Shown piece after piece: positions 48,701 to 60,700 of a stretch of DNA of 64,000 bases (position 1 is its first letter; every line of letters begins with the position of its first letter). The stretch lies in NCBI GenBank assembly GCA_002633005.1, contig NMRA01000023.1:484621-548620 (forward strand), given 5' to 3'. The notes below the pieces were generated by a model that worked only from the letters and a program-made list of their open reading frames with translations, was not told the DNA's origin and searched no databases. The position numbers and the translations under genes were made by a program. The stretch comes from Phoronis australis. Lineage: Eukaryota; Animalia; Phoronida.

Positions 48701-51700
48701 CGCTACAAAAAGGCTCATCATTTAGCATTTCATACAAGTAACACAAATTGAACAATCATTGCAATTAACCTAATGAGTTTTGAGCTGCACATAACCTTAC
48801 TTGTTGTTAAGCTATCACAACAAAACAATGAACAGAAAAAACGAAGACAACACAACAAAATGGATGATCTCCAGGACTTCTAAAGAATTAAGAACTCCTA
48901 GCAAAAGTCAGCCAGACAACTGAATTGCTGTAATTTTGTACAGTTCATCGTCCGACAACAAGTCAACCAACAGCTTACTCACTACATGGTGCCCTGGTGG
49001 TGGTGGACAGGCCCAACTTATAGATAACTGTGTGGACAATATACAGCCTGTTTTATGGCACACAGTTGTGTTGTTGTGTCCAATTGTTTAGAATAACACG
49101 TGATCCAATAGTAATCATACACAACTAATGAAAATGAACAATATTTTGCCATGACTGTAACCAAAGGACAGTGGAAAGGTAAACAGTCATTGAGTGGGTC
49201 AGGTGGACGCAAAGGTTAGCCAGGTCAGGACCATGAACCAGGACTTGGAATGACCAATGGCGAAAAACGCGGAAATTTTTACGGCCCGAAGCATGCGCGC
49301 AGCAAGCCTTGAAAAACTCGGTGTGGACCTTTTGCCAACAAAAATCGAGGACTAAAAAAAATCTCCGCAAGCGTGCATCTGCGTCTGTCTTAGCTCGTCC
49401 GCCACTCCCACCCCCACACATTTTTGGCTACAGAGTCGTAGTATTTGTCACCGCGGTTTACAATCACACGAGCCGCCATTGAGGAAATCCACCACGCTAT
49501 CCCAGATGCCCCGGCAATGTTGACAAGTTACATTCCTCCGAAACATAAAGAGCAACTTCCGCTTTTCGAGGTGAAAGTCGTCGGCCACGCGGCTGTAAGA
49601 AATTTGCCGCGGAAATTTTATATCAAATCCGATTTTTTTTACGATTTCAAATGCAGGCTCGCCAAAATTATAGGAAAGGGTATGCGACACCCTCCCCTCA
49701 ATTATCGATTTAACATGACCTTGAGCAGCAACCACAAGTTCCTCTTTAGGTTATAATGAATGCCATTACTTGAATTTTAAAAAAGTCTAACATACCCCAG
49801 TTGGCGAACCAAGCAACCAAGTCATATATTAGTGGGGGAACAGAGAGACAATTTAGACTTAAATGAAGAGCAAATTTTTGCAGAGACCAGAATTTGATCA
49901 ACCAGCCGGTCCCTTGGACTGGCGTTTCAAAAACCCAGCGGAACCATACTTGCTGACATACATACCTGTCTTCGACAGTCCCCAAAGAACACGTGAACAA
50001 AGGTCACAGTAGGCAGGCGTGGTGAAGTTACACCGCTCAAACCGATGGGCCTGACTGAACATCTTGCTTGCCTCACCAGCCATCTTGCCTCGGACCAGGA
50101 TGTCGATAGTGGATCGCTTGTGCATATCGCGTCCATACATGCGGATCATCTGTGTGTTGAGCGACATCTGCCTCTGCAGCAACTCATGGTGCGGACTCTC
50201 CATCTGGTCCCAAAGGGGGCGCCACTGCATAGGCAAGTGGTCAAGTTCCTTTTCCAACTTGTAAATTTCCTGAGAAATGACCAATGACATTAACGAATGT
50301 CATTTGGAAAACATTGTTGAAATCAAATTCACCCAATCCTAGTTTATGTATGGACTTCTTTTTAGAGTACAATATAATAGATAAATGATTACTAAATTCT
50401 AAACTAAAATCACTGATCTCACAAACTGGCGATTAACCTCTCAATCCTAGCTGCCAACACCAGAGAGAGTATAAGATAATCAGAGACATTATGAACGCAA
50501 TGTGGATGTCTCAACATGGGGATATCCCAGTCAAGGATCATAAACCAGTCAATCAATGCACATTATCTGAATCCTAATTTAGCAAAAAACATTGAAAAAC
50601 ACAACAAATGAGAGGCGGAAGAGAACTCAGGTCTAAATCTGACTTCATCTCAATTACGCAGCACGTATCATTCAAAATTAGAACGTCGTGGTTTCCCTGA
50701 CAACTGGGGAAACATCTAGGTGTAGTTCCACTCCCTACCCTAAAGAGCCATGTGTAGACATCAGGTAATATGATCTGCAGGTTGTCGTAGCAAAGGTTGG
50801 CTATCCTACGCATGCTCGGTGACATGTTGCCCTCAATCATTTCCTGCTCCTCATTCTGTTTGACCTCAGCGTGGACGATGTCCATGTCATAGGACGGACC
50901 GTGCGCCAAGTCCTCCGACCGAAAGTAGTCCCATATTCTCAGGTTGGACTCACTGGAGTAAGGCCGTAACACCTGAGACAAACAGCACGCTAATGATTAT
51001 AATTTAAACATCTATGGTAATGATCAGTTGTAAAATCATTAGTAATGTCTATAATTATCATTATTAAATACAATGACACTATAACAGTACGTTTTAATAA
51101 CCATGAACCCATGGGTGAAACGTAGCAATAATTGGAGACTCAAAAGTCTGTCACTAGGCAACAGACAAAAACCAATAAGCAGGCCCATGGATTTTAGTCT
51201 CCATATTCCAGTTACTTTCTAAATTTTTTGACAGAAACATTATTTGAATCAAGTTTTCTCTTAAAAAACAAAACAAGATAACTCTAAGTTTGTCAATTTA
51301 TAATCACAGTGCACATCAACTAAGAACACTTACAGAGTCCCCCTCTGGTGGCACATAGGAGAAGTTATAAAACAAGGTGGTCTTCTTGTGATACTTGTCG
51401 ATAAATTCCCAAACTTCTGTGCCCGTGTTCGCCTGGCGACTCGCGTAGCCTGCCTCTTCCTCTTCCATCTTGGTTTTGGGCCTGTCGTCCAATAGGAAGC
51501 CGGCCTCGAGTCTCTCGCACTCGTGGTCGAGCATGAATGTCCTGAAGCGGTTGGAGACGTAATGGTAGGCCAGGAACTTGATGTAAAACTGGTTGAACTC
51601 GAAAGACAGCGGGAACTGATGGTGTAGCTACAAGAAGCAGGTATCGATTGACAGGTGAGATAAGGTGCACTGATTGTGGAATTCAAAGTTGTGTATTTCA

Positions 51701-54700
51701 TTTCTCATTTGGCACAATCTTAAGTATTCTGGCACAGCCAGGAATAATCAAATTATTGTAGGCTGGAATAGTTACTTTTCACCAAATGTACTACCTATGG
51801 CCATCTAAATTTGTTTGTTCTATTTTTACTCAACTGCTATGTTGTATGCAACATTAAACACGTTTGGGCTTTCTAAGTGCGCCTCTTTTGAATTATCAGT
51901 TTGAGGTCGACAAGAAGAGTTTAGTAGGCTAGTCTTCCAATTGAAGTCACTCAAATTAATAGTACGTAGTTGCTTATTACTGGAACTGCCACAGACATTA
52001 CTATAGAAGTAGACATCATCATCCAGGGAACCAAAAGCACGTCAGCCGTTTGTAACGTTTCTACGGTAATAGCAGACGACCATCAATCACATCACCACTG
52101 CAGACACCCACCTGATGTACAGCATCTAGGAACTGCAGAAAGATGGGCGCGAAACCGCTGGCCTGATTGGCTGAAGTCTGGTTGCTACGGTGAGTGAAGC
52201 GATGGCCGCAGGAAAGCCATTCCCTCTCCACCAGCACCCTGAACCCTTGCAGTGTTCTGTAGTAAGGGTCCAGCATGAGTTGAGCCATGGACACTACCTG
52301 GAGGCGGGAAGAAACAGTGCTGAGCTCAAGTTTATATAAAGGTTTCTATTAACACTAGCAGCAGCATGTTACGATTTAGAAGGAAAAAAGCCACTATTCT
52401 GATAAACAACATCTAAATCTTTTCCAACGACAGTATGTAGCCACAACTATAGACTTAGACAGGGATGTATTTGAACACTGAACCTTAATATTACTTTCCC
52501 TTTGTGTCAGTACAATTATAATTCAAGCACTGAAATAAGGCTAGTCAACACTTATAGGTCCAATGACTGTACTAATCAAAATTTGAAGAGATCAAACAAC
52601 TGTATTAATTAACATTTGCTGGTCAAATGACTACTAGTCAACACTTGTAAGTCCAATATTACTGTACTAGTCAACACCTGAAGGTCAAATGACTGTACTA
52701 ATCAACAGTCTTGTAGGTCCAATGACTGTACTAGTCAACACTTGTAAGTCCAATATTACTGTACTAGTCAACACCTGAAGGTCAAATGACTGTACTAATC
52801 AACAGTCTTGTAGGTCCAATGACTGTAGTAGTCAACTCTTGTAGGTCCAATGACTGTACTAGTCAACACTTGTAGGTCCAATGACTGTACTAGTCAATAG
52901 TTTCAATTCTCAACTGAACACTTTCAGCTACAACAACTGTTTTAGTTTTAAAACAATGCTCAGCACAGGTGAAAATGTCTGCTAAAATATGAGCATATTT
53001 GCCACTCGTACGACAGAGGTCAATTTCCTACTCACATTTTTACTTTTTCCACTCATTTTTTACTGATTACTCACTCATGTCGAGCCCTGTAAAAAACTTA
53101 CAGTTCCCCACAACAGTACTGGTCAACACTTACAGTTACCCATAACTGTGATATTATAGCCAGGATGGAATACGCAGATAATTCAATCAAAAATCAACAA
53201 ATCTTGGAAATGATTTCTTAATTTCTTCACGATTTCCCCCATAACTTTGGCAGCTACTACCTGTATATTCCTCTTTACAAACAGGTGAAATAACAACGAT
53301 AAAGTACCAATTTCAATGAGAAGCCTGATACTTGACGCTGGAAGAGTACATGATACATGATCTTGTAGATGCACATGGGCTATCTTTTAGACAGAACCAT
53401 ATATTATCATTACAAAGATCATACCTGTGTTGTGATATCCCAGCCGTCTTCCAGGCAAACCATCACAGAGGACCCCTGCAGGTCCATGAGATCAACGGCA
53501 ACCCCGGCCAACTGTAGGATACCCTGAAGCTACAACAGGAAATGGAACATGTCAAAAAGTTCCAGTCATGCTCACCAGAGGGCAGTGCTATTGAGTAAAT
53601 GTTTAGTATAAACTGAGTGTGTAAAATGATGCAAACATTTTGAGAAAAGCACATTAACTACTGCATTTAAAGGAATGATAATCATCTGTCAATTAATGAG
53701 GGTTATGACTTCCATTCTCACTTGCGTGAGCCAGCCAGAGTCTTCGATTAGTTTGTAGAAGGTTTGGTCTTCATCGGTGGCGATGGCACTCGGGACGCAA
53801 GCTCGCAGGAGCTTCTTAAAGCTGGCTTTGACGTGACGCACCTCGCTGAAGTCANACTTATAGGTCCAATGACTGTACTAATCAAAACTTGAAGAGATCA
53901 ACATTTGCTGGTTCAATGACTGTACTAGTCAACACCTGAAGGTCCAATGACTGTACTAGTCAACAGTCTTGTAGGTCCAATGACTGTACTAGTCAACACT
54001 TGTAGGTCCAATGACTGTACTAGTCAATAGTTTCAATTCTCAACTGAACACTTTCAGCTACAACAACTGTTCTAGTTTTAAAACAATGCTCAGCACAGGT
54101 GAAAATGTCTGCTAAAATATGAGCATATTTGCCACTCGTGTTCCCAGACTTGGACTTTGACCATAAGTGGTGACAAAAAGCTGGACGTCGGCTCGGTGAT
54201 CATACCACAGAGGTCAATTTCCTACTCACAATTTTACTTTTTCCACTCATTTTTTAGCGATTACTCACTCATGTCGAGTCCTGTAAAAAACTTACAGTTC
54301 CCCACAACAGTACTGGTCAACACTTACAGTTCCCATAACTGTGATATTATTGCCAGGATGGAATACGCAGATAATTTAATCAAAAATCAACAAATCTTGG
54401 AAATGATTTCTTAATTTCTTCACGATTTCCCCTATAACTTTGGCAGCTACTACCTATACATTCCTCTTTACAAACAGGTGAAATAACAACGATAAAGTAG
54501 CAATTTCAATGAGAAGTCTGATACTTGACGCTGGAAGAGTACATGATACATGATCTTGTAGATGCACATGGGCTATCTTTTAGACAGAACCATATATTAT
54601 CATTACAAAGATCATACCTGTGTTGTGATATCCCAGCCGTCTTCCAGGCAAACCATCACAGAGGACCCCTGCAGGTCCATGAGATCAACGGCAACCCCGG

Positions 54701-57700
54701 CCAACTGTAGGATACCCTGAAGCTACAACAGGAAATGGAACATGTCAAAAAGTTCCAGTCATGCTCACCAGAGGGCAGTGCTATTGAGTAAATGTTTAGT
54801 ATAAACTGAGTGTGTAAAATGATGCAAACATTTTGAGAAAAGCACATTAACTACTGCATTTAAAGGAATGATAATCATCTGTCAATTAATGAGGGTTATG
54901 ACTTCCATTCTCACTTGCGTGAGCCAGCCAGAGTCTTCGATTAGTTTGTAGAAGGTTTGGTCTTCATCGGTGGCGATGGCACTCGGGACGCAAGCTCGCA
55001 GGAGCTTCTTAAAGCTGGCTTTGACGTGACGCACCTCGCTGAAGTCAACGGGGATGAACTCACAGTTTGGGAATGAGTCCAGCTTGATGTTCTGTGAACA
55101 ACACAAAAGAAATCTTTAATACGTAACACCAACTGAAATTTTGCACATTTAACGATGCCCAAGAATGAGGCAAAGATAACCAATAAAAGTAATCTCACAT
55201 CTCTATAAGAAAGCTATGAGAATCCTACAGAACAAGTGGTCAGTTATATAATGCATTGCTTCAACAAGATATAGTTGCAACAATTTGAAATCAGGTCAAT
55301 CTTCTTGAAAACAAAGAATTTTAAGGTTATTTGTAAACACTATACTAGACTTAACACTAGCACTAGTATTTTACATGTGTGCCTCCCATGTTAGCCAATC
55401 AACATCAACCTTCGTTACATGATTTTCTAGTAGTATACGCGTAGAACGTAATGTTAGAGCAAGATCATCTGAATGCATACGTCTGTAAGGTTTTTGGTCG
55501 TGGTTGAGCAATGAGTTACGGGGTAATTGTAAGTGAATAACCTTAATCTTTGATATGATATTTACAAATTTCAGCTTTTTTAACTAACACTGAGACAAAA
55601 ACCATATTTCAGCAACTTGTCACCACGTGCATGATTTGGGCACACTTCTCATGTATTCTCGGTATCTATACCAGCACCGTGGACTGTTCGCTATCTTGTT
55701 TCACTAAATTTTGTACATGTTACTAGTATGCATTCAGTCATTTTATTAATTTTTATTACTCTTCTTACTTCGTTCATTTATGCTTTTGCTACGGTTATCA
55801 CACAAACACCTAACAGTGCATAATTATGCGGTCAAGCAAAGCGGTTACAAACGAGCTTGTCTAGTTTTATTACATGAACCCAAAGACAATTTTTTCAATC
55901 AAAGCCCAATTTCAACGACAACGTGACTATGACAATGAACTATTCAATAAACAATAAAAATCTACCTCACGAATAGGAAACTAAAATTTGTATTTTTTTA
56001 CTTAAAGCTCTGTTTTGGTCGCTAATAATCAAAAAAATCAAATTGGGTCTTTCACTCTCATAAAAATGAGCATGGTAATGTTTCAAACCACAAAACATTT
56101 CCGTTAAACATTAATCATCGACAGCTAAACGGCGGCAAATGTAGCAACCCTTACTTGTCATTATTAAGACCAGGGCCCAGTGTCTCTGCTCAAAACAAAA
56201 ACAAAAAACGACAAATTGCACGACACACTTCCAGTAAAAGCCTGTACAGAATCGCACAGCATGACTAATCTGAGCCTGAATCGAAACTAAGTTTGCAAAT
56301 TAGACACTGCGCCCTGGTGGTCGTAGCTGGTGACAAGCCAACAATTTAATGAACAAAACAATTAACTTTCTCCTGCCAGACTTGAGGACAGTCCCCACAA
56401 CTTCCTCCATCATAGCCCATCCTAAACAAATTCACAACTTACAAATAACTGCATAACAGCACATCTCACCTACAAATGACGGTTTACAAAAAATTCCTTA
56501 CTTTTATTTGTGCCTTCTCTCCAAGGATATATAGTGCTGCCTTGCTCAGCCCATTCGATGGTTGGTCGTGCCCATTCTCACTAGTCTCCAACAGCGTGGA
56601 GCTCCTAATCTTGGAAGGGTCTCCTATGGACCTCTTACTATCACGAATGTGTGTACTGAACCGCCCTAGAGCTGGAAAAGACAGACATCGGCACATGCCA
56701 GTGATGACGATGTTGGCGGCACAGCTAGTGAACACCACCAGATACGTTGTCACATCTAGCTTTGGCTGTCAGAGGGTACCTGCAACTAAGCACGCCCACT
56801 CTCCACAGGCTTTTCCTCAAGTGTTTAACTTACCATTGGTTTTAATTCAGAAATATTCACCCACTGTTAATTTTTTAGAAACACATTATTCTACAACAGG
56901 TCTCTTTTGTTTTGAAAACTTCCTACAGTAGTAGGAAAAATGATCGACTAATTTTGCTAATTTAATTTGAATCACTGAATGTACGGTGAAAGCCCAGCAA
57001 AAAAACATTAATTTCTTTTGAAAATGAACAAAATTTCTTTGCTTAAAAATAGCGTCAACTACCACCCTAGCACAATCTGCTCCAGCAAGAGTACTAGCCT
57101 ATTTAGCAGTCCTCCAAGCACCATATACCCAAGCGATGCAGACTCCCTGGACAATGTCTATAACAGACAAAACTGGGATGGCACAACAGTGATGCTATAA
57201 GCAGACAACACCAGAAGTGTGGCGTCCGTACAAGCCGACAGAGCTTGCCATATCATACTGATAAAACAAACTCCAAGGTGTCTTATGGTCATACCCCAAA
57301 AATTCGGAGCTCGGTAAGTCTTACAAGAGCACTACAACTTTTAAATAAAAACGAGAAATAGAAAAAAAAACTAGCCAAAAGAAGACAGCATTAGTGTTTA
57401 AAAATAGTTTGAAGGTAGCGATTTTGACACGACATAGTAATCCTTCAATGAACCATTAACAGAATACTAGATGGCCTTTTTGGAATTCAACAGAATGCAG
57501 TTAGCGATCATTGCTATGATATGGTTCAACGGAGCTTATGGAAGATGCATCCAAACAAGTCTGCACACACAAACAGTGAGTAAACAAACTGATCTAGTAT
57601 AGTGTGCCACACACTGTATTACTGATTTATACTACTAGGGTATTTAAAAAGGTTTTAAGTGTGCCTAGCTGTGGAAAGACAAGTCTCAACTCAGTCAACT

Positions 57701-60700
57701 TTCATCATACACACACATTAATTCAATTCACCTCAGTGTTTTCTGTATTCCGAAAACATTGGGTAGTGTTAAGAATAAACTTGATAAGGATGGCACAACA
57801 TAACACATAGTTAGTGTGATGTAATTCAAGTAAAAAATGAACATTCGAGACAGACATTGACATGACATCCACACAATGTTATAACCTGTTAGTTAACTGA
57901 CCAGACAACGCCACTGATGTGCCAGTGTTCCAAGCTAGAGAGAGTGACACTAAAAGCTATAACAAAACCAAACAACTACCGTAACAGTACATGCCAAAAG
58001 TATTCAGACAGAATGACCTCTCATAGTGGCTGAGGGGACGAGTACATCATGACCGACACTGAAAGCTAAATAACAACACAAGTTTAGTGAGGTGGTTTAG
58101 TCATTCTGTAATAAGAATTTTTCAACCATAAGAGTTATTACTTAAGTCAGTTTGCTATAAACAAAATTAGCCATCACAAAGGGGAAATGACTTTTGTTAT
58201 TACTTTTACCATGTACTGTACCATTAGGCTGAGAGGAGGAAGCATAACAGGGAAGTCACTGTTCCGACAATAACACTGTTACCAGCATGCCTAGGTTTGT
58301 GTTCGCTAACGTTTGGATTATGTGCGCAAAAGCATGTGATACCACTTGCTCAGTCGCCACGACGATAACCAGCGAAATACTATCAATAACTTGACGAGTT
58401 TACAAGGGATGAGCATTTGGAAATGCAACCCCTGGTTGGTAGTTACAGGTTGCTACCATCGACTCCCAACTTCTAGATTATTACCATGGTCTCCAACACT
58501 TATTGTGAGAGGCAACCACCACCAAATATGACTCCTGTGTTTCATTCTACTATCAACAATCTAACGAGATACCATGAAGTAAAACACCCATTTCAAAATG
58601 ATCAATGGCAATCGTTGCCACATTAAGACTCGACGAGCATCCAAGGTGTCACATGGTCCACTCATTCTTTTGTAAATTATTGCAACAACGGCCATCATAT
58701 TTCCACAGAATCGGTCACGAGCATGAAAATCTCCATAAAACAATGCCATGTTGCGGAAATCATAGCATAACAAGATTGAGGCAAATGCCAGTAAACTACC
58801 GAGCAATAAGTGGTTCAAGGAACAGGAAAGCTTTCTGTGAAATGAATACAATCAGTACAACATCATTCAGTAACTCACTGAATACAAAAGGTAGGTAGAC
58901 TGAGCATGTTGAGAAAAATGTGATACTTTGGCAAAACTACTCATAGCTAGTGTGGACAGAATACTACAAATGACTATTAAAGAAGTTCATAGAGACAGGT
59001 GATACCGACTTGGGAATACCTACATATATTGCCTTTGCTGGACCGAACACGATTGCTAAGCCTGTCCACCATTTTGTTGCCTTTAAACGAGCGACGCACA
59101 ACGGGCACTTGGGGGTGTAGGCCAGTAGCGCCATCTATGGAGCATGGGAACAGTTGCGTGTCAACAGCAGTGCTATATCTACACAGGTGGTCAAGCGATG
59201 AGAACGCAAATCTGCCATGCCAGAAACACCATGCAAGCTCCATAGTGGAATGTCCGATGCCTTCGTTTCAAAGCAAAGGCTCACAGAGGCATTGAATACG
59301 TTTTTGCAAACAAAAGACATCAGATCACTTGAACCTTCAAAATTTACAAGTGTTGTAATTAAGTTTCAGACAGTGTTCCACTGGTTGAAAGCTGCATGGT
59401 ACAAGACCATAATGGCAGCCATTTTCAAATCCGTGAAATCAATTTCTATTGAAAAGCCAGCGAATGGATCTTCATCAAGAATTCTAAATCTGTGAGCTGA
59501 CAAGTGCATGGAAGCATTTCTTTTTCAAAGTTTCAAGTGATGTTCTTATGGCAAAAGACTTCCGAATGCAAAGACCTCCAAAAATGAAGCAGAACCAAAC
59601 TATTAAAAAACCATCTACTCAGAAGGATTCAAGTGTTTTGGAATTCCAAAATAATATAATGCACTGAAATGTTCATTTGAAGAAAACCCAAGTCTATGAT
59701 AACCAAATTGTTTTCTTTAAACCACTGAATTTATCATTAAAGGCCATGATTTTTAATCAAACAATTGCACACTAAAATAAATTCCAATATTTGCTCTGGA
59801 TCACAAAATCTGAATAAAATGCTTTTGCAACAGAACGTTAGTAAGGATTCCTTGTAAAAGAAAACTTTAAAGAAACCTTTAATCACAGAAAATCAAGAAC
59901 ATCAAATATTTGACTATAACTCATTTAAATTTCACCAAGTCTGTCTCTTCTAAGCCAGCAAACTGCCACTTAATAACAATGCTTTTCCTCCTTAAAACAA
60001 TAATAATAAAAGCATTTACCCAACTATCTCATGGTATTGAACTTCACAATCAGCTTATCAACTAACTCATGCAGAACACGGCAGACAACCCGACGTCCAT
60101 CACTTAAATTGTGAGTGTTCGAATTTCTGAAACTGCAGAGCTACACTCTTCCACAGTGCCATCTCTGGAGATGTATCACTGTATAAGGATGCTTCCTCAT
60201 GATCAAGTTTGTCTGTGGTCATAAGTACATCAGCCCTAGGTTGAATGTTTACGATAAAAAAATGGTGCAGGACAGAGCATAAATATTAGTAAATAATTCT
60301 GATGTTTTAGCAGATGCCTCATTATCTTAAATGAGTCAGAGAACAAGAACTTGAGTGGAATCCATCATTTAGTGTTTGATGCAGCAGCTGCAAGTCACAA
60401 GTAAGGCATTTCTCAACCTCTAGCCAATCAGAATATCTGCATTTTACCATCCAACAAATCAAATCAGGAGGCATGAAATGTTTCATTGTCCTTTTAACCA
60501 ATGGAAATCTAGGTTTACCATCCTTAGACAGGGCTACAGCTCATAGCACTGCAAGAGAGTGTACTACAGTGTGAATACCAGAAGTTGTCTTCCGTATTCC
60601 AAGCCAAGTCTTGTGCCCGGTCATGCTCTACCACGGCTGAAGCAAGCTCTTGTGGACCACAGTGAGCACAACAAGTATCGATACTTACTAAAATGTAGTA

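Noticed and set aside
49125-49756. GC-richer ORF cluster within an SBF intron as a nested gene
   Set aside because: No recognisable protein motif or splice structure; more likely a degenerate non-autonomous transposon whose ends I could not define.
52540-52900. ~31-bp repeats with partial palindrome (gactgtactagtc) as a CRISPR-like array
   Set aside because: Head-to-tail minisatellite with no variable spacers.
53425-53529. Mutually exclusive duplicate exon in SBF
   Set aside because: Identical to 54618-54722 including flanking intron, and adjacent to an N junction; best explained as an assembly overlap.
56476-56931. 151-aa plus-strand ORF antisense to SBF
   Set aside because: Shadow frame of a real minus-strand exon plus intron; no independent coding evidence.
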